A stretch of DNA of 64,000 nucleotides, taken from assembly GCA_035528115.1 (NCBI GenBank), contig DATKZF010000001.1:28508-92507 (forward strand), in the 5' to 3' direction. A program made the position numbers and the translations under genes. This DNA is from Candidatus Bipolaricaulota bacterium (GTDB lineage: Bacteria; Patescibacteriota; Patescibacteriia; UBA11705; DATKZF01). The notes below the pieces were generated by a model. It had not been told where the DNA came from. It did no database searches and was given only the letters and a program-made list of their open reading frames with translations. Of this stretch, positions 8,611 through 16,871 are shown piece after piece (position 1 is the first letter of the stretch; each line of letters begins with the position of its first letter).

Positions 8611-8814
8611 TTAGGCGAATTCGCGAGTTTTGCCCGTGCCTTCGCACTTGGGGCAGGGGGCGTCCGTTTCGACCGTGCGCTCGCCGCGGCAGTTCGTGCA
8701 GACGAAAAGCACGGACGTCTTGTTGTTGCCATTGCCGCCGCAGGTCGGGCAGGGTTCGATTTTTTTCCCGGTTCCCAAGCAATCCGTGCAAGTGACTTCG
8801 CAGATCCTCGTCAT
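8611..8814 (-). CDS. Standalone DnaJ-type cysteine-rich zinc-finger protein (4x CxxCxGxG), 67 aa, GC-rich
   Basis: CTDCLGTG, CPTCGGNG, CTNCRGER and CPKCEGTG repeats match the DnaJ central CR domain. Confidence 0.6.
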   Translation of the reverse strand: MTRICEVTCTDCLGTGKKIEPCPTCGGNGNNKTSVLFVCTNCRGERTVETDAPCPKCEGTGKTREFA

Positions 8815-8946
8815 GGCATTGTTCCTTTCCGCGGGTTGTTGTTTTGCCTCGAAAAGTTAATTTAGCACGATATTTGGAATTTGTAAAGAGTTGGCTTTTG
8901 GGAAATTTTAGATAAAAAAACGCTTAAAAATAAGCGAAAAAGGCTG

Positions 8947-9034
8947 TGGCGGAGAGGACAGGACTCGAACCTGCAAGTCCCTTGCGGGACGCACGCTTTC
9001 CAAGCGTGTGCCTTACCATTCGGCGCACCTCTCC
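8947..9034 (-). tRNA. tRNA-Ser (anticodon GGA) with long variable arm
   Basis: Cloverleaf folds by hand: acceptor GGAGAGG, anticodon stem CACGC/GCGTG, loop TTGGAAA, long variable arm, T-loop TTCGAGT, CCA end. Confidence 0.8.
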
Positions 9035-9265
9035 GTATTTGAATTTTGTGAATTCATTCGTTACTCGCTTCGATTACTTTTATAGACTATCAAATCTTCT
9101 TCGAAAAATCAATTGTTTTGGCCAGGCTAGCCCGAAAACCTTTTTTATTCGGGTTTCTTTAAATTACGGCGATTGCTCAATGCTTGTAAAAATGATATTG
9201 TGCCGATAAGGCATGGCGAAAAGCGAGTGAAGGAAGTTTTGACCATTAGATAATTTGAAAATGAA

Positions 9266-9787
9266 TTGTCGATAAAGTTTAAAAATAATAAAATTAAAAT
9301 TATGGCCGACCAAACAATCAAACCAACCGGCTGTTGCGATCCGTTTAACCCCGAGCCGTGGGACAATAAAGAGATCGTCTGGGAAAATAAAATTTTTGTT
9401 AAAGACCATGTGACCAGTTTTTTTCATATTCCGCTGAATATGGGAAAGAAAATAATTAAAAATATGGCTTTGATTGAAAAAGCCGGAGCAAAATCTTCGT
9501 ACCAGCTGATGCTCACCGATGAAAAATCGCTTTGGGGCGCTGATATTTACATTGATGTGGCCAAAGAAGTCCCCGAAGCGCAGATGGCTAAGCTTTCCGG
9601 CACGTTTTTGACAAAGGTTTTTGAAGGACCTTATCAGAATGCTGGTAAATGGGCGATGGAGATGAAAGAATATGTTAAGTCTGAAAATAAAGAATTGAAA
9701 AAGCTTTATTTTTCATATACCACTTGCCCGGCCTGCGCCAAAGCGTATGGGAAAAATTACGTGGTGCTTTTCGCGCAAATAGATTAA
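9266..9787 (+). CDS. Hypothetical protein (probable start at the M at 9302)
   Basis: ORF only; no recognisable family. Confidence 0.4.
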   Translation: MSIKFKNNKIKIMADQTIKPTGCCDPFNPEPWDNKEIVWENKIFVKDHVTSFFHIPLNMGKKIIKNMALIEKAGAKSSYQLMLTDEKSLWGADIYIDVAKEVPEAQMAKLSGTFLTKVFEGPYQNAGKWAMEMKEYVKSENKELKKLYFSYTTCPACAKAYGKNYVVLFAQID

Positions 9788-9798
9788 TAAATTTTTTT

Positions 9799-10113
9799 AT
9801 GAGTAAAATACTTTTAGGAGTAATCTGCGGTTTGGCTTTTGGGATAATCGATGTACTGATCATGATCCCGCTCAAATATGAAAGCAATCGAAAAAGAAAT
9901 GAGGCGATGAGCTCCGCATTTATTGAACGATTTATGTTGGGTTTTTTGATTCCAAATATTGATTTGGGCATGCATGCGGCCTTGTCCGGATTCTTATTGG
10001 GCATTGGTTTAAGCGTTCCCACGGCTATTATTACCAGAGTTTACGCGCCAATAATCGCGATAGGAGCCGTGGGCGGCATAGTCATCGGTTTTGTGGTTAG
10101 CGCTGTGCTGTAA
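9799..10113 (+). CDS. Small multi-pass membrane protein (hypothetical)
   Basis: Three hydrophobic helices; ATG at 9799 in frame with ORF 9724..10113. Confidence 0.45.
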   Translation: MSKILLGVICGLAFGIIDVLIMIPLKYESNRKRNEAMSSAFIERFMLGFLIPNIDLGMHAALSGFLLGIGLSVPTAIITRVYAPIIAIGAVGGIVIGFVVSAVL

Positions 10114-10123
10114 TTGATGATTT

Positions 10124-10372
10124 ATGTACAACCTTTATATTCTTCAATGTTCGGATAAAACTTTATACACGGGCATTGCCATTGATTTGGAAAAGAGAGT
10201 AATAGAGCACAACGAAAGCAAGCTCGGCGCCAAATACACTCGCGGCCGGAGGCCGGTTAATCTTGTATATTCAAAAAAATTCCGCGACCGCTCCGCCGCC
10301 TCCAAAGAAGAAGCGCGGGTGAAGAGATTGTCGAGGAAAGAGAAGTTGGCTATGGTTAAAACAATTTGTTAA
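10124..10372 (+). CDS. GIY-YIG nuclease-family small protein (UPF0213/YhbQ-like)
   Basis: MYNLYILQCSDKTLYTG...IEHN matches the GIY-YIG core. Confidence 0.7.
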   Translation: MYNLYILQCSDKTLYTGIAIDLEKRVIEHNESKLGAKYTRGRRPVNLVYSKKFRDRSAASKEEARVKRLSRKEKLAMVKTIC

Positions 10373-10378
10373 AATAAA

Positions 10379-11229
10379 ATGAATATGGTCAATGAAATGG
10401 CCGCAACAAAAATAGCTTTATTTAAAGGCTGAAAAATCCGCAAAACGCTTTATCAAAACGAGTGGTGGTTTTCGGTTATAGATGTGGTTGAAGCGCTTAC
10501 GGATAGTGTAAAACCCCGTGTTTATTGGAATGCAATGAAAACAAGAGTGAAAAGCGATGATGGGATTGAGTTGTCTACAATTTGTAGACAACTGAAATTG
10601 GAATCCGCTGACGGTAAAAAGTACGAAACAGACTGCGCCAATACGGAAGGCATTTTTCGCATAATTCAGTCAATCCCGTCCCCCAAAGCCGAGCCATTAA
10701 ACGCTGGCTCGCTAAAGTTGGTTATGAAAGAGTGGCAGAAATCGAAAATCCGGAGCTGGCCACCAAACGGACGAGAAGGCTTTACAAACTTAAAGGCTAT
10801 TCCGACGATTGGATTGAAAAGAGAATGCGCGGCATCGCGATTCGGGAAGAGCTTACCGATGAGTGGCGGGAACGCGGCGCGCGGGAGCAAAAAGATTATG
10901 AAATTCTGACTGCTGAAATTTCCCAGGCGACCTTTGGCATGACACCAAACGAATATAAGAAACTTAAAGGATTGGAAAGGGAAAATTTGCGAGATCATAT
11001 GGATGATTTTGAGCTGATTTTTACAATGCTCGGAGAAAGATCGACAACGGAAATTCATCGCGCAAAAGATTCTAAAGGAATAAAAAAATTAAAAGACGAT
11101 GCCAATGCCGGCGGGCAAATAGCGGGAAACGCGAGAAAAGAATTGGAGAAAAAAATAAAAAGGCCGATTGCAACAAAAAATAATTATTTAAAGAAACCTG
11201 AAAATAAAAAATTATTATCGGGCGAGTAA
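10379..11229 (+). pseudogene. dinD: DNA-damage-inducible protein D (DinD) / Bro-N family gene, disrupted by an in-frame TGA at 10430-10432 and a -1 frameshift near 10698
   Basis: Three reading segments (MNMVNEMAATKIALFKG*, KIRKTLYQNEWWFSVIDVVEAL...SPKAEP, then AIKRWLAKVGYERVAEIENPELA...YSDDWIEKRMRGIAIREELTDEW) together rebuild a DinD-like protein. Confidence 0.6.
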
Positions 11230-11239
11230 AAAATCAACT

Positions 11240-12862
11240 ATGCTTGAACAACAGCTGGAAAAATATTTTAAGCTTAATCAATTCCGTCCGGGGCAAAAAG
11301 AAATCATCGAAGCGATTTTGGACGGCAAAGACACGGTGGCCTTGATGCCCACCGGCGGCGGCAAGTCGTTGTGCTATCAATTGCCAGCCATTTTGCAGGA
11401 TAAACTGACCATTATCATTTCGCCCCTGATCGCGTTGATGAAAGATCAAGTGGACGGCTTAAACGCTCGAGGCGTGGCCGCCACTTTTATCAACAGTTCG
11501 ATTTCCGTGGCGGAAATACAGTCGCGAATGGAAAAAATTTTGGCGGGAGAGATAAAAATTTTATACGTGGCGCCGGAAAGACTGGACGCTCTGCGAGCCA
11601 ATAAGTTTTTTTCCGATTTGACCGTCAGTCTTTTGGCTGTGGATGAGGCGCACTGTGTTTCCCAGTGGGGGCACGATTTTAGGCCCGATTATTTGCAAAT
11701 AAAAGAGTATATTCGAAGTTTCAAATCGCGTCCGACAGTCGCCGCCTTTACCGCCACGGCCACGCCCGAAGTTAAGCAAGATATCATGGATAGGCTGGGC
11801 ATGGTCTCGCCCGTAGTTTTTACCAGCGGATTTGATCGCCCGAATCTGAAATTTTTTGTCCAGAAAGACATTAAGCCCAAGCAAAGAGTGGATGAAGTTT
11901 TAAGATTGGTGAAATCAATCGAAGGCTCGGGCATTGTGTACGCATTGACCAGAAAAGAGACCGAAGCCATCGCCGATCATCTCAACCGCCACGGCATTGG
12001 CGCGGCCGCTTATCACGCGGGCATGGTAGGAGGTCGGCGGGAAAAAATTCAAGATGAATTCATGGAAAATAAACACAAAGTGATCGTGGCCACGATCGCT
12101 TTCGGCATGGGAGTGGATAAGGCCGATATTCGATTTGTCATTCACTCGGGCATGCCCAGAAACATGGAAGGCTACTATCAGGAGGCCGGCAGAGCGGGGC
12201 GGGACGGCGAACCGGCCTATTGCGTGCTTTTGCACAGCAAAAAGGATGTGACGGTTCACAACCATTTTATTTTTTTGGACAGGCATGGAATGCTCAGTCA
12301 AGGAAAAAGCTGGGAAGAAACGAATCAATTGATTAATCTTAAAAAAGATAAATTGGAAAAAATGGTTGAATACGCCACCGCTGACACATGCAGAAGAAAA
12401 ATGATTCTTGAATATTTCAATGATCCGGCCGCGCGGCAATTGAATCACGATTGCCAAGGCTGCGACGTTTGCCTTGAGTGGGAGAAAAACAGCCGGCTGC
12501 CAGACGAAAAAGAGATTCCCGATCAAGTCGGGAATGACGGTAATTTGGTTGAATTGAGCGAGACCGTGGCTCAAACGATAAATTTGTATAAGCAAAATTA
12601 TTCAATGGAGCAAATCGCCAAAGCGCGGTCACTCGGCGAGAGCACTATTTTCGGCCACCTTATAAAGTGGTATTTGGCCGGCGGCGAAATTGATTTGGAC
12701 AACATGATCACGAGAGATGAAGAAAATTTGATATTATCCGCCATGGCCGCGGCTGATGATTATCGGTTTTTGTCCGCGATCAAGCGGCATTTGCCCGAGG
12801 AAATCGGTTATGAAAAGATAAAATTGGTGCTGGCCAAGATTAAAAGGATTGAGTTGCATTAA
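11240..12862 (+). CDS. recQ: ATP-dependent DNA helicase RecQ (helicase core, RQC Zn-binding, HRDC)
   Basis: TGGGKS Walker A; DEAH (AVDEAHCVSQWGHDFRPDY); 4-Cys region; C-terminal HRDC-like segment. Confidence 0.85.
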   Translation: MLEQQLEKYFKLNQFRPGQKEIIEAILDGKDTVALMPTGGGKSLCYQLPAILQDKLTIIISPLIALMKDQVDGLNARGVAATFINSSISVAEIQSRMEKILAGEIKILYVAPERLDALRANKFFSDLTVSLLAVDEAHCVSQWGHDFRPDYLQIKEYIRSFKSRPTVAAFTATATPEVKQDIMDRLGMVSPVVFTSGFDRPNLKFFVQKDIKPKQRVDEVLRLVKSIEGSGIVYALTRKETEAIADHLNRHGIGAAAYHAGMVGGRREKIQDEFMENKHKVIVATIAFGMGVDKADIRFVIHSGMPRNMEGYYQEAGRAGRDGEPAYCVLLHSKKDVTVHNHFIFLDRHGMLSQGKSWEETNQLINLKKDKLEKMVEYATADTCRRKMILEYFNDPAARQLNHDCQGCDVCLEWEKNSRLPDEKEIPDQVGNDGNLVELSETVAQTINLYKQNYSMEQIAKARSLGESTIFGHLIKWYLAGGEIDLDNMITRDEENLILSAMAAADDYRFLSAIKRHLPEEIGYEKIKLVLAKIKRIELH

Positions 12863-12892
12863 GATGGGCGATGGCTGGTTGTGTTGTTTTAG

Positions 12893-12921
12893 TTGACAAA
12901 AGTTTAATAAAGTCCTAAAAT
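12893..12921 (+). promoter_or_regulatory. Sigma-70-type promoter for typA: TTGACA-N17-TAAAAT
   Basis: Consensus -35 at 12893-12898 and -10 at 12916-12921 with exact 17-nt spacer, ~50 nt upstream of typA. Confidence 0.5.
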
Positions 12922-12973
12922 TAATAAATCGAATATTTATTCGCTAATTATTGCGAATTTTTTATTTTCAAAT

Positions 12974-14803
12974 ATGAACAATAACATCAGAAATGTGGCG
13001 ATTATCGCTCACGTTGACCACGGGAAAACCACTCTCGTGGACGCTTTGCTTCGTCAAACCAAGGTAAAATTGAACAAAGACGTCGCTTCGTCCGATTTGA
13101 TCATGGACAGCAATGATTTGGAAAAAGAGCGTGGCATCACCATTTTTTCCAAAAACGCTTCCGTGGTTTGGGACGGCGTTAAAATCAACATTATCGACAC
13201 GCCCGGACACGCGGATTTCGGCGGGGAAGTCGAACGCGTTTTGAATATGGCCGACGGCTGTTTGCTTTTGATTGACGCGCAGGAAGGCCCCATGCCGCAG
13301 ACCAGATTCGTTTTGAAAAAAGCTTTGGCCATGGGACATAAAATTATCGTGGTCATCAATAAAATCGACAAGCCGAACGCGCGCCCGAGTTTTGTTTTGG
13401 ACAAGACCATTGATTTGTTCATTGAGCTGGGAGCCGATGATCAGGCTTTGAATTTCCCCATCGTTTACGCGGCCGCCAAAAAAGGCGTGGCCGGATTGGA
13501 ACCCGAGCTTGATAAAATGACAGACATTACTCCCGTATTCGAATCCATTTTAAAAAATATTCCCGCGCCTACCGGCGACGCCGGCGAGCCTTTGCAGATT
13601 TTGGTTTCCAATATTATGGGCGACAATTTCAAAGGCAGAATCGCCATCGGCAGAGTGCATAACGGCATTGCCAAAACCGGACAAGAAATCATGCATATAA
13701 ATAGACTGGGACAGATGAAAAAGCACAGACTGGTGTCTTTGATGACCTACGATGGTTTAGCTCGCGTGGAAGCGGATCAAGTGCCTGCGGGCGACATCGT
13801 GGCCATTGCCGGCATCCCGGAAATCACCATCGGTGAAACTTTGGCGGACGCGGAAAATCCGAAAGCATTGCCGCTTTTGAACATTGATCAACCCACGGTT
13901 AAAATGACTTTCATGGTTAATGATTCGCCGTTTGCCGGTCAAGAAGGTCAATTCACCACTTCAAGGCAGGTCAGAGAAAGGCTTTACAAAGAATTGGAAA
14001 ATGACATGGCTTTGCGAGTCGAAGACACCGCTGACGGCAAATGGATCGTTTCCGGCCGCGGCGAGCTTCATTTATCCATTTTAATCGAAAGAATGCGCAG
14101 AGAAGGCTTTGAATTTCAGGTTTCTCGGCCGCAAGTGATTAATAAAAAAGAAAACGGCAAAACTTTGACTCCTTACGATCATTTGTTTATTGAAGTTCCT
14201 GAAACTCATTATGGTTTGGTGGTTCAAAAATTAAACAGCAGAAAAGGGGAATTGCAAGAAATGAAAATAATCGACGGCATCGCGCATCTTGAATACATTA
14301 TTCCCACCAGAAGCCTTTTCGGTTATAGATCCGAGTTTTTAACCGATACGCGAGGGCTGGGTATTCTCAATTCCGCGTTTCATGATTATTTACCCGATCC
14401 GGGCAATTGGGCGGAGCGGGAACAGGGTTCGCTCGTGGCTCATGAAACGGGCACGACCAATCTTTACGGTTTGGTTAATATCCAATCGCGAGGAGTGTTG
14501 TTTTTCGGCCCGGGCGTGCAGATTTACATGGGGCAGGTGGTTGGGCAAAATACCCGCGGCGACGATATTAGAGTAAATGTTTGTAAAACAAAACAGCTGA
14601 CCAATATGAGATCAAAGGGCGACGGCGCCACTGAGCATTTCAATGTCCCGAAAGAAATGAATGTGGAAGCGGCCATAGAATACATCGGCGATGATGAATT
14701 GGTGGAAATTACGCCTAAAAATGTTAGAATCAGAAAAGTTTATTTGGATGAATTATCGGCCAAGAGAGCCAGGTTCGCGGAGAAATCCGATCATGAATCA
14801 TGA
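12974..14803 (+). CDS. typA: Translational GTPase TypA/BipA
   Basis: AHVDHGKTT G1 motif; EF-G-like domains; 609 aa. Confidence 0.85.
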   Translation: MNNNIRNVAIIAHVDHGKTTLVDALLRQTKVKLNKDVASSDLIMDSNDLEKERGITIFSKNASVVWDGVKINIIDTPGHADFGGEVERVLNMADGCLLLIDAQEGPMPQTRFVLKKALAMGHKIIVVINKIDKPNARPSFVLDKTIDLFIELGADDQALNFPIVYAAAKKGVAGLEPELDKMTDITPVFESILKNIPAPTGDAGEPLQILVSNIMGDNFKGRIAIGRVHNGIAKTGQEIMHINRLGQMKKHRLVSLMTYDGLARVEADQVPAGDIVAIAGIPEITIGETLADAENPKALPLLNIDQPTVKMTFMVNDSPFAGQEGQFTTSRQVRERLYKELENDMALRVEDTADGKWIVSGRGELHLSILIERMRREGFEFQVSRPQVINKKENGKTLTPYDHLFIEVPETHYGLVVQKLNSRKGELQEMKIIDGIAHLEYIIPTRSLFGYRSEFLTDTRGLGILNSAFHDYLPDPGNWAEREQGSLVAHETGTTNLYGLVNIQSRGVLFFGPGVQIYMGQVVGQNTRGDDIRVNVCKTKQLTNMRSKGDGATEHFNVPKEMNVEAAIEYIGDDELVEITPKNVRIRKVYLDELSAKRARFAEKSDHES

Positions 14804-15194
14804 AGCATGGAACATGGAGCAAAATAACGCATATATAACGCCTCATCCGGGGCGTTTTGTTTTAGACAAAACAGGAGGGTTTCGTCTCGCGCATTTGGCG
14901 CTTCGTCGACCCACTTTTTGACGCCAAAAAGTGGGCAAAAAAGCGCTGGGGGAAAATGATTCGCAAAGCGTCGATTAAATGGCAAAGATCTCGCCATGGC
15001 TCAGCATTTTCCCCCAGACCCCCAGTGCTATTCATGATCAAATCGTCGATATTAGGATTTGTATTTTGATAAAGTTATTTATACGCCCAATTCGGGCGGT
15101 TTTGTTTTAGACAAAAATCGCGGTTTTTGGTATGATAATTCCAAGAATTGAGATGACCATTTATATAAAATAATTAATTTCATGTAAAAAATCT

Positions 15195-15506
15195 ATGGAA
15201 AATGAAGGAATTTTGCAACAATCGCCGGAACAAATGTTCCATCAGGACAAAGTCGTAAACGGTATAAAGATGGAGGTTTTTTTCGATGATCAATATAAAA
15301 GCTTCGTGCTTTATTTCTCGGATTTGGAAATGAATCTTGAAAGAGGGGTCCATGATCAAATAATTTTTATAAAGGGCGGTGAGGCAGAGGCCAAGAATGT
15401 TTTTGACAAAGCTAAAGAGCTCGCGGAAGCGGAAAAGGATGGCGATATCGAACGGGTTTATAAGCAAGCGGAAGCCTTTGTTAAAGGGCTGGATGGAAAA
15501 GAGTAA
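15195..15506 (+). CDS. Hypothetical small protein
   Basis: ORF only. Confidence 0.35.
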   Translation: MENEGILQQSPEQMFHQDKVVNGIKMEVFFDDQYKSFVLYFSDLEMNLERGVHDQIIFIKGGEAEAKNVFDKAKELAEAEKDGDIERVYKQAEAFVKGLDGKE

Positions 15507-15516
15507 ATAGAAGGTT

Positions 15517-16221
15517 ATGAAAAAGTTGAAAAAACAATTTCAAAAATCCGTTGATTTTCTCAAAACTAAAAATAAAATTTTGTTTTTGACCACTTCCAAT
15601 CGCTGGTTCGGAGAAAAAGGGGGAGAAAAGCCGAAAAGTTTCAGATTGGGGGAAAAGATGGCGGAAAAAATAGGAAAAGACAAAGTCGAAATTGTTGACG
15701 TTCCCAAACTAAAAATTTATCCCTGCGAAGGCAATGTCTCCACTGAGCGGGGCAATACTTGCGGCCTGAAAGAAGCGGCGCTCAAAGACGTGGAGAAAAA
15801 TCCGAGCGGCCACCATCGCTGCTGGGCCAGCATCAATAATCCTGATGATGAATTGTGGAAAGTGTCAAAGCCACTTTTGGAATGCGACGCAGTCGTTTTC
15901 TTCGGTTCAATCCGCTGGGGACAGCTGAATTCGTTTTACCAAAAATTAATTGAACGGCTCGATTGGCTGGAAAACAGGCACACGACCTTGGGCGAAGAAA
16001 ATTTATTAAAAAACAAGGTGGCGGGTATAATCGCGCTGGGGCATAATTGGAACGTGGAAAACGCGGTTAAAACGCAGGAAAAAGTTTTAGAGTTTTACGG
16101 TTTTCAGGTCGCACCCGAGCTTTGTTGGTTTTGGCAGTTTACCAAAGACAGCTTTGATGAAAGCGATCAAACTTATAAAAAAGCGGCTGACTCGTTTGAG
16201 GAATTATTGAAAAATTTATAA
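15517..16221 (+). CDS. Flavodoxin-like fold protein (NAD(P)H-dependent FMN reductase / iron-sulfur flavoprotein-like)
   Basis: ILFLTTSNRW phosphate-binding-like N-terminus, Cys pair, AVVFFGSIRWGQL. Confidence 0.4.
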   Translation: MKKLKKQFQKSVDFLKTKNKILFLTTSNRWFGEKGGEKPKSFRLGEKMAEKIGKDKVEIVDVPKLKIYPCEGNVSTERGNTCGLKEAALKDVEKNPSGHHRCWASINNPDDELWKVSKPLLECDAVVFFGSIRWGQLNSFYQKLIERLDWLENRHTTLGEENLLKNKVAGIIALGHNWNVENAVKTQEKVLEFYGFQVAPELCWFWQFTKDSFDESDQTYKKAADSFEELLKNL

Positions 16222-16249
16222 AATCAGTTGCTGGATTTTAGCTTTTGTT

Positions 16250-16360
16250 GGAATGACAGGCCACAATGAGTCTGCATGGAATGGAAAGCCCGGATGAGTC
16301 TGAGAAAACTAATTATTATGCCGACCCTTTATCGTCATTCCCGCGAAAGCGGGAATCCAC
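16250..16360. repeat. MITE-like repeat, family 3 (~110 bp), copy 1: starts GGAATGACAGG, ends GTCATTCCCGCGAAAGCGGGAATCC hairpin
   Basis: Near-identical direct copy at 16725-16835; inverted partial copy at 16681-16738. Confidence 0.7.
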
Positions 16361-16388
16361 AAGAGTATCGTCGGCATCAGTATTGTTT

Positions 16389-16676
16389 ATGCGCTCCTAT
16401 TATGTTTACATGTTGGCCAATAAAAGAAATGGAACCCTTTACACAGGAGTTACCAATGATCTTGCCAGAAGACTCGATGAGCATAAGAACGATGTTAATG
16501 AATCATTTACGAAAAGGTATCAAGTCCACACATTGGTTTATTTTGAAGAACATGAGTGCATTGATGAAGCTATTTGGAGGGAGAAATGCATTAAAAAGTG
16601 GAGAAGAAAATGGAAGTTAGCATTAATTGAAAAAGAAAATCCTGATTGGAGGGACTTATCGAATGAATTAATTTAG
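16389..16676 (+). CDS. GIY-YIG nuclease-family small protein (second paralogue); ORF track start at 16266 lies inside the repeat
   Basis: YYVYMLANKRNGTLYTGVTNDLARRLDEH GIY-YIG core; first 31 codons of the track ORF are repeat-derived (duplicated at 16742). Confidence 0.65.
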   Translation: MRSYYVYMLANKRNGTLYTGVTNDLARRLDEHKNDVNESFTKRYQVHTLVYFEEHECIDEAIWREKCIKKWRRKWKLALIEKENPDWRDLSNELI

Positions 16677-16680
16677 GCCT

Positions 16681-16738
16681 GGATTCCCGCTTTCGCGGGA
16701 ATGACAGGTCAGGTTAGTCTGTGCGGGAATGACAGGCC
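16681..16738. repeat. Inverted partial copy of the family 3 repeat end (GGATTCCCGCTTTCGCGGGAATGACAGG)
   Basis: Reverse complement of the repeat terminus. Confidence 0.6.
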
Positions 16739-16835
16739 TAAATGAGCCTGCATGGAATGGAAAGCCCGGACGAGTCTGAGAAAACTAATTATTATGCCGA
16801 CCCTTTATCGTCATTCCCGCGAAAGCGGGAATCCA
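16725..16835. repeat. MITE-like repeat, family 3, copy 2 (direct repeat of 16250-16360)
   Basis: ~95% identical over ~110 bp; accounts for spurious ORF 16742..17047. Confidence 0.7.
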
Positions 16836-16871
16836 GAAAACACAGTTTGAAATTAAACCAAACAAATACTT

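Noticed and set aside
14691-14997. Small ORFs 14691..14921 and 14791..14997 downstream of typA as protein-coding genes
   Set aside because: They overlap the typA 3' end and a hairpin-rich spacer, have no Shine-Dalgarno-like site and odd composition. The region is better explained as terminator and structured RNA.
14838-15110. Assignment of the structured intergenic region to a known RNA family (6S, SRP/4.5S, tmRNA, RNase P)
   Set aside because: None of the conserved signature strings was visible by eye: no tRNA-like CCA-ended 3' domain for tmRNA, no GGAAGCAGC SRP domain IV motif, no RNase P P4 sequences. It is left as an unassigned candidate sRNA.
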